Shown here one piece after another: positions 6,835 to 15,779 of a stretch of DNA of 22,572 nt. The translations under genes and the position numbers were made by a program. The first letter of the stretch is position 1. Each line of letters begins with the position of its first letter. The notes below the pieces were generated by a model that saw only the letters and a program-made list of their open reading frames with translations, did no database searches and had not been told where the DNA came from. The DNA is from Candidatus Nanohalobium sp. (lineage in GTDB: Archaea > Nanohalarchaeota > Nanosalinia > Nanosalinales > Nanosalinaceae). The stretch is from the NCBI GenBank assembly GCA_042217555.1, contig JBDGSL010000005.1:1-22572 (forward strand), in the 5' to 3' direction.

Positions 6835-9800
6835 CTACCAGTCGTCTTTCGTCGGGCAATCGGGGAATATACACATGCTGTAATCCTTGCCGTTTTTCCG
6901 GGAAACGTGGATAATTGGTGTTCCGCATTCGTCACATATCTCGTTCTGTGAGGTGACTTCGCCGTTGTTCGGCAATGGATACGTGTTTTCACAGTCAGGG
7001 TATTCGGTGCAGCCAACGAACCGGCCGTTATCTGTTCTTATGATCTGCAGGGTGCCGTCGCAGTCGTCTGCGTCACATGGCCCGAGCTTCCGTTTCTGGT
7101 CACGGTACTTGTCGATAGCACGTACGAGTTCTGCGCCAATCTCCTTTTCCTGTTCCTTGAACTCTCTGAGCGTTTCTCCCAGTTCGTCACGGGCTTTTTC
7201 AAGTACTTCTTCCTTGCTGTCCTCTTCCTGCTTGATTGCTTCCATCTTCTCCTCGAACTCTCTGGTAAGCTCTTCGGAGACGATCTCTGGGCTGTACTCC
7301 TCCAGAGTCTCCGCTATCGTCAGTCCAAGATCTGTTACCTCGATAGGATCGTTCTTTATGAACTCTCTGTCGTACAGCCTGTCTACGACCTGTGCCCTGG
7401 TCGCCTTTGTACCAAGGTTTCTCTTCTCCAGTTCGGAGACAATCGTGGTCTGGGAGTAACGCCGTGGAGGCTTCGTCTCCTTTTCCGCCAGTTCAAACTC
7501 CTCCACAGGCAGCGTCTCACCCTCCTCAAGATCCGGAAGTTCGGCCTCCTCCACCTTCACATACGGATCGTAGAGATCAAACCAGTTCCTCTCCTTAGTC
7601 ACTTTGGACTTGGCATCAAACGTGTACCCGTTAGTCTCAAGTGTCATCGTCAGTGTCTGGCGCTTTGCCGCTTTCCCAAAGACTGCAAAGAACCGCTTCA
7701 CTATAAGATCGTAGATTTTTCTCTCATTCTTCGAAAGGTTGCCAGGGTTCTGCCCAGTTGGGTAGATACAGTTGTGTACAAGTAGGTTGTTGGCGAAGTA
7801 ATTATGGTTTTCTTCTACTTCTATGTCGTAGACGTGGCCTTCGTAGTTCTCAGTTTCAATATTGCTGATTATTTGTGGCTCTGTCTGTTTTGGCGTCTTT
7901 AAATCAAACTCCTCAAATTTAGGGAGTTCCTCTGTAGGTACATGCTCTTCTTTTCCGCCATTGCCATAGTATACCCAGCTTTTTATAGTGTACTGGGAGA
8001 TATCTAGTTCTCTGCCGATCTCTTTGTATCCTTTGCCTTTGTCATACAGTTCTTTTGCTCTCTTTCTTTTTTGCTTTCTTCTTTGAATAATAGATTTTCT
8101 TTTAGCGAGGTATGCAGAGGCTTTTCTTCTGAGTTCATCTTTGTAATTGCTGTACCGCATTGGCACAGAATTGACAAATCTTTCTAAATTTTCTCTATTG
8201 TTATTAATCGAAAAACTTCCTCTAACGGTCTTTTCTCCATCTTTTTTACGTTCTTCAGTCTTTACATATGTTGATAAATTACTTGTTTCTATGTTGAGAT
8301 CTTCACAAATCTGTGTTAGCTGTTCCAGGAATTTTTTGAATGAATCCTTCTTCTTTTCTATTTTGTTTTGCTCGAATCTGAAGTTTCTTATGTCTCTGCC
8401 GTTTTTTGAGTGAATACGCACCTTTGTGAGTTCTGCGCCGAATATCCCTGCTAGGAACTCCTTTTTGATATCTTTGTTCTTACCTATCCAGTCTGGAACT
8501 TCGAATTCTGTGGTCATCTTGTCTCCTGTTGGACATCCAAGTGCTATCAGCAATCTTCCGAACATAGAGTCCTTGGATACTAGCATTGTCTTCTTCGGTT
8601 CGTCCTGAGTTATATATGCGGAGAAACCCATGTCTTCTATATCGGATTTTAGCTCCTGCATATCTTCTTTTCTTCCTGTAAAGGTTACATGAGGATATTT
8701 TTCCCTGTTTTCAGAGGGTTCTTTAAACCGTATGTGGCCGTCTCCGAAGCAGAAACCTGCTATGGCCGCTAGTTTTTCGGCCTTGTTCTGTTCGAGCCCT
8801 TGGATAAACTTCTTAAGTTTCTGGTATGTTTCCTGTGTTCTGGATCCGCCTTCTTGTATTTCTTGCCAGTGCTTCTTAGAGAAAGCAGCTTCTAGATCAA
8901 TATCATTAGATATATCTATGTTTCCTGTCTCGTTCTGTTTCTGTTCAAATACTATGTTTTTCTCCGCAAGATTTTCCGCCTTGATGTAATCTAGGCCTTT
9001 TTCGGTAAAAGTGAGAAACCTGTGCTTAGGAGTTACTTTTGTTTCATTTTCTGAAGTACTGATTTTCAATAGTTCTCCGTCATAGGGGGTTTTCCAGATG
9101 GCTGTTGCCTTTGAAAGTTGGATCTGTGAATCATGTGATATTACGTTTTGCTCTTCTATTTCTCCATAATAACTTTCCTTTTCTTCATCCCATTCCCAGT
9201 TCTCTACTTTAGAGGCTAATTCCGAGAAAGTCTTACTTTCTGGATTAAAACTAACTTCTGTTTCTGGAGTGAAGCAAGGGTGTGCGTCGTCATCGCCGCT
9301 GCCCTGAGTAGTGTTCAGATTATCGTTTTCATCCTTCTTCAATACCTTCTTCGCCTTGTCCTCGTAGTTTTCCTGGTTCTTCAGCTTGTTCAGGATGTTT
9401 TTGTAGCCTATCTTCGGAGGAAGCTTCTGAGACTCGGTTCTCGGGTAAGAAATCAGTGAATCCTCATACAGGTCCTGTGCAATGCTCTGAGTTGTCTTTG
9501 GATTGATGTTAAACTGGCTGGAAGCCTCCTTCTGCAGCCCTGTCAGGTTAAAAGGGACAGGCGGCTTGTGACTGTAGTTATTGACGCCTATATTGGATAC
9601 AACAGTTTCGTCCTCTCCTTCAACCTCGTCAAATATTCCTTTGGCAACTTTTTCCTCCCAGATACGTTCATCGCCGTCATCGTGGAACTTGGCACGGAAC
9701 TCCGGGTTATGCAGAAAGATCTCCCAGTAAGGATCAGGTTCGAACTCCTGGATCTCTCTTTCCCTCTCTGCAAGGAAGTTAAGAGCTGGGCCCTGCACTC

Positions 9801-10389
9801 GGCCGGTACTCAGAGTCTTGTAACGGTCGTTCTCCCTGACTGCCTGCATCAACGCCCTGGAAACATTTATACCGTAGTAAAAATCCAGTATATGCCGTGT
9901 AAGACCGGCTTCAGTCATCCCTCTGTCGAACTCTTCCAGGTCATCGAATGCGTCCTCCAGGTCGCTCGGTGTCAAGGTAGAGAACTTCATCCTCTGAATC
10001 CTCTCTTCCGAAGCCTCTGCAAGCTGGTTAAGTACAGTATAACCTATGACTGATCCTTCTAAGTCGAAGTCACATGCGTTGACGTACTTGTCAGCTTTTT
10101 TCAGCTGGTCTCGCAGGTTGTTGTAGTATTTCTTCACGTAGTCTCCTCCGTCCTGCGTCTCGAAGATTGGCGCCCACTCAACGTCAAACACCGGGTAGTC
10201 CCAGCCTTCGCTCGTCTGCTGAAGATTGAAGATGTGGCCTACGGCAGGTGCGATTATGATCTTCTCATCTTCTCTCTCAAGAACATAGTTCTTCACCCCT
10301 CTGTTTTCCTCCACTGAGTAGTTTCCAAGGGCCTGAGCCAGTTTACTGGCTACCTTCGGCTTCTCACCGATCATCACTGTCGTCTGCAT
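6835..10389 (-). CDS. topA: DNA topoisomerase IA (TopA/Topo III type) precursor containing an intein
   Basis: TOPRIM EKP..A, GH, NACD.D.EG, STGRVQ.P.L, catalytic LISYPRT, LGTKATR and C-terminal Cys zinc ribbons. 682 aa after removing the intein. Confidence 0.97.
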   Translation of the reverse strand: MQTTVMIGEKPKVASKLAQALGNYSVEENRGVKNYVLEREDEKIIIAPAVGHIFNLQQTSEGWDYPVFDVEWAPIFETQDGGDYVKKYYNNLRDQLKKADKYVNACDFDLEGSVIGYTVLNQLAEASEERIQRMKFSTLTPSDLEDAFDDLEEFDRGMTEAGLTRHILDFYYGINVSRALMQAVRENDRYKTLSTGRVQGPALNFLAEREREIQEFEPDPYWEIFLHNPEFRAKFHDDGDERIWEEKVAKGIFDEVEGEDETVVSNIGVNNYSHKPPVPFNLTGLQKEASSQFNINPKTTQSIAQDLYEDSLISYPRTESQKLPPKIGYKNILNKLKNQENYEDKAKKVLKKDENDNLNTTQGSGDDDAHPCFTPETEVSFNPESKTFSELASKVENWEWDEEKESYYGEIEEQNVISHDSQIQLSKATAIWKTPYDGELLKISTSENETKVTPKHRFLTFTEKGLDYIKAENLAEKNIVFEQKQNETGNIDISNDIDLEAAFSKKHWQEIQEGGSRTQETYQKLKKFIQGLEQNKAEKLAAIAGFCFGDGHIRFKEPSENREKYPHVTFTGRKEDMQELKSDIEDMGFSAYITQDEPKKTMLVSKDSMFGRLLIALGCPTGDKMTTEFEVPDWIGKNKDIKKEFLAGIFGAELTKVRIHSKNGRDIRNFRFEQNKIEKKKDSFKKFLEQLTQICEDLNIETSNLSTYVKTEERKKDGEKTVRGSFSINNNRENLERFVNSVPMRYSNYKDELRRKASAYLAKRKSIIQRRKQKRKRAKELYDKGKGYKEIGRELDISQYTIKSWVYYGNGGKEEHVPTEELPKFEEFDLKTPKQTEPQIISNIETENYEGHVYDIEVEENHNYFANNLLVHNCIYPTGQNPGNLSKNERKIYDLIVKRFFAVFGKAAKRQTLTMTLETNGYTFDAKSKVTKERNWFDLYDPYVKVEEAELPDLEEGETLPVEEFELAEKETKPPRRYSQTTIVSELEKRNLGTKATRAQVVDRLYDREFIKNDPIEVTDLGLTIAETLEEYSPEIVSEELTREFEEKMEAIKQEEDSKEEVLEKARDELGETLREFKEQEKEIGAELVRAIDKYRDQKRKLGPCDADDCDGTLQIIRTDNGRFVGCTEYPDCENTYPLPNNGEVTSQNEICDECGTPIIHVSRKNGKDYSMCIFPDCPTKDDW
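7771..9276 (-). mobile_element. Intein (502 aa, residues 372-873) with a LAGLIDADG homing endonuclease and an HTH-like segment
   Basis: N-junction DAHP|CFTPETEV; block B KVTPKHRF; LAGLIDADG-like motifs IAGFCFGDG and FLAGIFGAE; blocks F/G VYDIEVEENHNYFANNLLVHN|C. Removal restores DAHP-CIYPT. The DNA is visibly more AT-rich than the flanks. Confidence 0.96.
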
Positions 10390-10485
10390 GCTGATTAAGT
10401 TGCGGTAGACAAACCTTAAAATTAGATGCTGTTCAGAGAACTGAAAAAAACATTAATTAACCTGTTTCTCCAACTATTTCACGGT

Positions 10486-11394
10486 ATGGACACGGTTGAC
10501 TACATCTGGATGGATGGCAACACGGTAGAATGGGGTGACGCCCAGGTACACGTTTTAACCCACGCACTACATTACGGCACAGCAGTATTTGAAGGCATAC
10601 GAGCCTACGAAGGTGAAAACCCGGCGGTTTTCCGCTTCAAGGAACACATGGAAAGATTTGTCGACTCGGCCAGGATAACAGGAATGGAACTTGAGCACTC
10701 TGTAGAAGAGCTAATGGAGGCCACTGAAGAACTGATAGAGAAGAACGACGTACAGTCATGCTACATAAGACCTCTGGCGTTCAGAGGATACGGCTCCATG
10801 GGCCTGAACCCTGAAGGAAACCCCGTAAAGACCATGATAGCTGTCTGGCCATGGGGAGCATACCTGGGAGAAGAAGCACTTAAAAACGGTGTGAAAGCAC
10901 AGACCTCTTCCTGGAACCGTCACCACCCCAACGTCATGCCGACAAAGGCCAAAGCATCCGGAAACTACGTGAACTCTGTCATGGCCAAACAGGAAGCCGT
11001 CAGAAACGGAAAAGAAGAAGCCATCATGCTTACACCCGAAGGATATATCGCAGAAGGCTCTGGAGAAAACCTTTTTGTCGTCAGAGATGAAGAACTTTAC
11101 ACTCCGCCAAAAGCAGATGTTCTAGAAGGAATAACCATGGACTCAGTCAAGACAATAGCAGAAGACAGAGGCTACACAGTAAAGGAAGAACGGATGACAC
11201 GTGACCAGCTTATCAGAGCAGACGAAGCATTCTTCACCGGTACAGCAGCAGAAATAACGCCGATAAGAGAAGTAGATGGCAAAGAGATCTCGGACGGTAG
11301 AGGACCGGTTACAGAAGAAATACAGTCAGAGTTCATGGATGCTGTAAGAGGAAAGACAGACAGATACAGCGAATGGAGGCACGAAGTAGAATAA
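10486..11394 (+). CDS. ilvE: Branched-chain amino acid aminotransferase (fold IV)
   Basis: From ATG 10486: YIWMDG, HALHYG..VFEGIRAY, YIRP, KA.GNY.NS, EGSGENLF, LEGIT, EAFFTGTAAEITPI. Confidence 0.96.
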   Translation: MDTVDYIWMDGNTVEWGDAQVHVLTHALHYGTAVFEGIRAYEGENPAVFRFKEHMERFVDSARITGMELEHSVEELMEATEELIEKNDVQSCYIRPLAFRGYGSMGLNPEGNPVKTMIAVWPWGAYLGEEALKNGVKAQTSSWNRHHPNVMPTKAKASGNYVNSVMAKQEAVRNGKEEAIMLTPEGYIAEGSGENLFVVRDEELYTPPKADVLEGITMDSVKTIAEDRGYTVKEERMTRDQLIRADEAFFTGTAAEITPIREVDGKEISDGRGPVTEEIQSEFMDAVRGKTDRYSEWRHEVE

Positions 11395-11423
11395 AAAAGA
11401 AGGAAAACCCTTCTCTTTCTTTT
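11395..11423. terminator. Probable bidirectional terminator between convergent ilvE and serS
   Basis: AGAAGG-AAAAC-CCTTCT hairpin with an A-rich left flank and a T-rich right flank. Confidence 0.45.
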
Positions 11424-11431
11424 GATGCTCT

Positions 11432-12697
11432 TCACTTCACATCTATAACTTCCTTGCCTCCCATGTAGCTCTGAAGCACTTCAGGAATCCTGATTCCTTC
11501 ATCTGTCTGATTGTTCTCTATTATCGCAGTTATAACTCTCTGAGGTACGAGGCCTGTCGCATAGACTGTGTACGGCGTCTGTCTTTCCCCGTCCTTCCAG
11601 TACTGTGTCTCGAACTCCCGAGCCTGGTAATCAGTACAGCTTCCATAGCTGCCAACTTCTCCGTACTCGCCGAGTGGCGGCCTCCAGACCTCGATGTCAT
11701 ACTGCTTGAAAGTCTTGTTGGAGATATCGCCGTCGCAGATGTCAACCACGCGGTAAGGGAGTCCTAGTTCCTGCATGATCTCTTCTGCGTTCTCAAGGGT
11801 TTCCTCAAGAATCTCCAGGTGGTCTTCAGGCTCGCAGAACACGAACTGCTCCACTTTCTCAAACTGGTGCACTCTCCACAATCCTCTGGTCTGCTTGCCG
11901 TGTTTACCGGCCTCTCTCCTGAAGTTGGTGGAGAAACCTCCAAGCTTCAATGGCAGGTCCTCCTCTATCACTTCTCCCTGGTACTTTGCAGCTAATGCGT
12001 GCTCTGCTGTGCCTATCAGGTAACGTCCGTTCTCATTGACCTGGTAGAGCTGGTCTTCAAACGTTTCCATGTCTACAGCCGCGGATATAGACTTCTCCTC
12101 CAGCATGTATGGCACCTGGTAGACAGCGAAATCTTTCTCCTCCAGGAAGTCGACCGTGAAGTTTATGAGTGCCTGGCTCAACCGGAACAGGTCAGGGCTG
12201 AGATAGTAAGCTCTTTCGCCTCCAACCTCCGCTGCCTTCTCGGCGGAAAGCATATTGTTTCTCTCAAGTATGTCTGCAGCCAGTTCTGAATCTTCTTTTC
12301 TACCTTCCTCAGGGTTCCAGGCCCGGACCTCGGGATTGTCATCCTCGTCTTCTCCTTCCGGAACAGACTCATGCAGAAGATTTCCGATCTGGTAACGAGC
12401 ATCGTCTCTTCTCTCCTTAAGGGTTTCTACCTCATCTTCAAGGCCTGAAATCTTCTCCTTAACCTCCTGCATCCTTTCAATCTTTTTTTCAGCGTCTTCA
12501 CCGTTTTTCTTCGCCTCAGCGATTTCGTCTCCGACAGTGTTACGTTCTTCCTGCAGGGACTGAAGCTTCTGAAGTTTTTCACGCCACTCTTCGTCCAGTT
12601 CAACTACCTTGTCAACCTTTCCAGGGTTTCCACCTCTACGTCTCTCAGATTCCCTGATGCTCTCAGGTTCTTCCCGGAACAGCTTAATATCAATCAT
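11432..12697 (-). CDS. serS: Serine--tRNA ligase (bacterial/common type)
   Basis: From ATG 12697 (MIDIKLFREEP): N-terminal coiled coil, N...SVP.G.DE.DN, LIGTAE, motif 2 FRREAG...RGLWRVHQFEKVEQF, YDIEVW.P, AIIEN.Q, IPEVL..YMG. Confidence 0.96.
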   Translation of the reverse strand: MIDIKLFREEPESIRESERRRGGNPGKVDKVVELDEEWREKLQKLQSLQEERNTVGDEIAEAKKNGEDAEKKIERMQEVKEKISGLEDEVETLKERRDDARYQIGNLLHESVPEGEDEDDNPEVRAWNPEEGRKEDSELAADILERNNMLSAEKAAEVGGERAYYLSPDLFRLSQALINFTVDFLEEKDFAVYQVPYMLEEKSISAAVDMETFEDQLYQVNENGRYLIGTAEHALAAKYQGEVIEEDLPLKLGGFSTNFRREAGKHGKQTRGLWRVHQFEKVEQFVFCEPEDHLEILEETLENAEEIMQELGLPYRVVDICDGDISNKTFKQYDIEVWRPPLGEYGEVGSYGSCTDYQAREFETQYWKDGERQTPYTVYATGLVPQRVITAIIENNQTDEGIRIPEVLQSYMGGKEVIDVK

Positions 12698-12782
12698 GGA
12701 AAACCACTGCGGCATAAAGCGATTTAACTTCCCCGGAAAAAACAGTCTCCTTCTATAAAGACACGCACCCAATACTACAAAC

Positions 12783-12992
12783 ATGAAAGAAGTAGCAGGA
12801 TATGAATTCGACGAGAACCATCCCAAAGAGCTGAAGGAAAAAGTAGTTACAGAAGACGAATTCGAGGAGATAAAAGAAGCGATGGATCTCGACGAACTTA
12901 TCAGATTCGGAAAAAGACCTTTCGACGCACCAATCGGCAAAGTAAGAATCTGGGTAGAAGAAGACGAACCGGAAGAACAGGAAGAAGAGTAA
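12783..12992 (+). CDS. Small acidic hypothetical protein (69 aa)
   Basis: TATAAA at about 12754-12759 upstream; composition and codon style match the neighbours; fills the serS-tyrS gap. Confidence 0.75.
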   Translation: MKEVAGYEFDENHPKELKEKVVTEDEFEEIKEAMDLDELIRFGKRPFDAPIGKVRIWVEEDEPEEQEEE

Positions 12993-13010
12993 GAAAAAAG
13001 AGGGAAAAAG

Positions 13011-14033
13011 CTATTCCACGTAATCCGGTTTCTCGTGTCCTATCTCTTCCAGGCAGTCCAGCAGTTCCGGATTGTCCCTGAATTTTTCTCTGACCGGTTC
13101 AAGCTTTGCGGCGATATGTTCTGCGACAGAGTTTTTCAGGTCCTGTGGGTGTAGTTCTCCTGTTTCAAAGTCTTCCTTCAGTTCTTCCAGTGTTTCGTAG
13201 GTGATGTCGCCGCCGTACTCTTCCGGTCTTTCGATCTCAAGTTTTTCATCGTCGCCGAAGATGTGGAAGCGGGCGATCTGGATAACAGGATTGTCTTCTA
13301 CCTCTCCCTGTGGACAGTAAGAGTCTGTTATTCTTTCTTTAATGGTTTCCTCTGAAGCGTGTAGAGGGAACATTGTTTCAGGCTTGCTGGAAGACATCTT
13401 GTCTCCACCTGTAAGAGAGACTACCAGAGGATGGTGTAGACAGGTAGGCTTCCTGTAACCGATCTTCGGAAGTGCTTCACGTGCAAGCATGTGGATTTTT
13501 CTCTGTTCGATACCTCCCACAGCAAGATCTACATCAAGGTATTCGATGTCGAGAGCTTGCATCAACGGGTAGACGATCTGTGAGATAGACTGAGAGTCTC
13601 TGTCACCTCGTGCAACTTCCTGCATAGAACGTGTTCCACGGTTGATAGTGGTTTCCTTCGATATTTCAAGTGTATCATGGAAGTAGTCTGTCTCCTCCTG
13701 AAACTCTCTTCCACGTATGTATTCTGCGTCCAGGCCGACAGCTTCGAAAGTTGCCTGCCAGTACTCTGTCATGGCTTGAATCCATTCTTCTTCCCCTTTC
13801 TTGTTCAGGTATGTGTGAAGATCTGCAAAAAGAATCTTTACCTCAAAACCTGCTTTCTGAAGGTCAAGCATCTTCCTGATCGAAAGCCAGTGACCCATGT
13901 GAAGCGGCCCTGAAGTTTCGTAACCTACATAAGTTGTCGGCTTATCTTTTTCCAGTACTTCGTCAAGTTCTTCTTCAGTTACAACTTCAGTAGTATTACG
14001 TAACACCAGTTCTTTACGCTCTTCTTTATCCAT
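13011..14033 (-). CDS. tyrS: Tyrosine--tRNA ligase (archaeal type)
   Basis: YVGYETSG.LHMGH (HIGH), ADLH.YLN.K, YPLMQALD, GG.EQRKIH.LARE, KMSSS, LHP.DLK. Confidence 0.97.
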   Translation of the reverse strand: MDKEERKELVLRNTTEVVTEEELDEVLEKDKPTTYVGYETSGPLHMGHWLSIRKMLDLQKAGFEVKILFADLHTYLNKKGEEEWIQAMTEYWQATFEAVGLDAEYIRGREFQEETDYFHDTLEISKETTINRGTRSMQEVARGDRDSQSISQIVYPLMQALDIEYLDVDLAVGGIEQRKIHMLAREALPKIGYRKPTCLHHPLVVSLTGGDKMSSSKPETMFPLHASEETIKERITDSYCPQGEVEDNPVIQIARFHIFGDDEKLEIERPEEYGGDITYETLEELKEDFETGELHPQDLKNSVAEHIAAKLEPVREKFRDNPELLDCLEEIGHEKPDYVE

Positions 14034-14069
14034 GGAAAACCTGTTATCTCTAAATGATTAAATTGTTTT

Positions 14070-14555
14070 TCATGACTTCCAGAGGTTCTCAACTGTTTCC
14101 TCAACATTTTCCTCTATGATAACGGCGCCGTTGCTGCTTGAATAATAATCGCTGAAATTCAGAGAGTATTCCTCCTCCACCTCTTCCACGATGCTCTCGA
14201 AACGTTCTTTCACGTTTGAAAGATAGTTGAATGCATCACGGTTGCTGAACCGGAACTCTTCAAAGCTTTCTCCACCCTCTAAAGCGTTTTCGTTTTTGAC
14301 CCTTTTCATCCACTCGGTTCTGTGTGGCTCGGAGAACTCGGGAGTAGCCGCCATCGTGAGAATATCTTCCGCCCATTTATAATCGCTTTGAGCCTTTTCC
14401 AGGCGTTTCTCAAAATCTCTTTTCTCCTCTTCAAAACTGTAGAGGCCGCCGGCACCCATTCGTTCACTGATATCTTCCAGGACGTCGGCATGGTGTGAAA
14501 GCCGTAACGCCTCTTCAAGTGCGCCTTCAACCGTCTCGTATCCATCCGTTTTCAT
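14070..14555 (-). CDS. Acidic hypothetical protein, probably all-helical
   Basis: 161-aa ORF whose start overlaps the upstream stop (ATGA, 4 nt). Confidence 0.75.
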   Translation of the reverse strand: MKTDGYETVEGALEEALRLSHHADVLEDISERMGAGGLYSFEEEKRDFEKRLEKAQSDYKWAEDILTMAATPEFSEPHRTEWMKRVKNENALEGGESFEEFRFSNRDAFNYLSNVKERFESIVEEVEEEYSLNFSDYYSSSNGAVIIEENVEETVENLWKS

Positions 14556-14965
14556 AGCTCTCTGTGCGGTGCAAGACTTATTATCTCGGCGTCGTCTTCT
14601 CCGTAACTGTATTTAGTTGAGACCACGTTGTTTGCTTCATCGGCTTTTTCAATTATTTCTTCTGCTTTTCTAAGCTGTTCCGCTGTATAAGAAGACTCTA
14701 TAACTTCTTCAGAGGACTCTCTGAACTCTTCGATACCTTGTTTTTGCAGGTAAAACTCATTGTATGAGATAGTGTTTTGAACCTCGTCAAGAACTTGCCT
14801 GTAAGAGCTTTCCAGATCGTCGAACAGGCTGCGCATAACATCCCTCTTACGGCTATCATCTTCGTCATAGACTTCCACGAAGCTTTCCATCCGCTCTATC
14901 TCTTTTTCCAGCCGTCCAGCCGTTCCCTCCAGTTTCCGGAAGATCTCCCTTATTTCATCTTTCAT
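14552..14965 (-). CDS. Acidic hypothetical protein, probably all-helical
   Basis: From ATG 14965 (MKDEIREIF), with TTTTTAAA about 25 nt upstream. Confidence 0.75.
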   Translation of the reverse strand: MKDEIREIFRKLEGTAGRLEKEIERMESFVEVYDEDDSRKRDVMRSLFDDLESSYRQVLDEVQNTISYNEFYLQKQGIEEFRESSEEVIESSYTAEQLRKAEEIIEKADEANNVVSTKYSYGEDDAEIISLAPHREL

Positions 14966-15007
14966 ACCTTGGAGAAACAAAGTGAGATTTAAAAACCGTC
15001 CCGGTTG

Positions 15008-15523
15008 TTAACAGGTTAAGTCCTCTGTCCTGGCCTTAACAGCATCCGCAAGCTCTCCAGGCTCTACTCTGACCCCGACTACACGGCTTCCCGCAGCCGG
15101 TTTCACGTAATCCTGTTGAAGCAGGTCTTCCTCCATGTAAACCGGTATGTCCAGGTCAAACGGTGAAACTCCCCCGATAACGTATCCTGTAACCTTTCGG
15201 ACTTCCTCCGGGCTGGCCATCCCAACTTCTCCACCGGTAATCCCTCCAAGTTTCTCCTCACTTACACGTTTATCGCCCGGACAGAGAACCGCTGCGTATC
15301 CTTCTCCCGTCCTGAACACAAGGGTTTTAACAACCTGACACAGATCAATATCCAGGTTTTCCGAGGACTTTTCAGCACTTTCCGCCTTACCGTGAACAAA
15401 GAACTCGGGATCAAGGCCGGCTTCCTCACAGAAACCTATAACCCTCCTTATGTTTTCCAGGTCTTCCTCGAAAAGATCTGAGAACTCCCTCATCCCTTCC
15501 AGATTTTGCGTAAGACTCTTCAT
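15008..15523 (-). CDS. YbaK/EbsC (INS superfamily) aminoacyl-tRNA deacylase
   Basis: VVKTLVF (conserved Lys), MA.PEEV...TGY..GGVSPF, AAGS. Start could be 15523 or 15493. Confidence 0.9.
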   Translation of the reverse strand: MKSLTQNLEGMREFSDLFEEDLENIRRVIGFCEEAGLDPEFFVHGKAESAEKSSENLDIDLCQVVKTLVFRTGEGYAAVLCPGDKRVSEEKLGGITGGEVGMASPEEVRKVTGYVIGGVSPFDLDIPVYMEEDLLQQDYVKPAAGSRVVGVRVEPGELADAVKARTEDLTC

Positions 15524-15562
15524 CCTATATATTCGCTGCCTTCATCAAGATTTATCTTTTTT

Positions 15563-15742
15563 GCTGAGAAGATCCTATTCTCATCCGAAGGATAAGGTTA
15601 GGGATGAATCAGCTTTTTTACTTTGTTGCCGAGAAGCCCCCCTTTCCTTTCTCTGATTGGTAGCGAGTAGTTTACCTCTACGCTCTAAAATATGGATATT
15701 GCGGCAGTTTGGTTGAGAATTACTGCCTAAACAACAAAAGCA
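15563..15742 (-). ncRNA. Candidate structured non-coding RNA or leader (unassigned)
   Basis: Long-range helix 15619-15630/15730-15742 enclosing three to four hairpins, followed by a 51-nt irregular hairpin at 15563-15613. Most mismatches become G-U pairs on the minus strand. Found by eye only. Confidence 0.35.
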
Positions 15743-15747
15743 CTCTC

Positions 15748-15777
15748 AAAAAACTTACACAACTTTTCGGAGTTGTG
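15748..15777 (-). terminator. Hairpin plus U-tract just after the phosphoesterase stop
   Basis: Minus strand CACAACT-CCGAAA-AGTTGTG followed by TAAGTTTTTT. Confidence 0.55.
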
Positions 15778-15779
15778 GA

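Noticed and set aside
6783..7016. N-terminal extension of the antitoxin ORF
   Set aside because: Overlaps the topA 3' end in another frame; the AbrB domain and promoter point to ATG 6782.
12698..12940. 81-aa N-terminal extension of SerRS
   Set aside because: Antisense to the 69-aa gene; the SerRS family start MIDIK and a TATA element support 12697.
15563..15742. T-box, known riboswitch, hammerhead or tRNA
   Set aside because: No UGGNACC T-box bulge, no intact CUGAUGA/GAAA core, no TPsiC arm, and no riboswitch consensus that I recognise.
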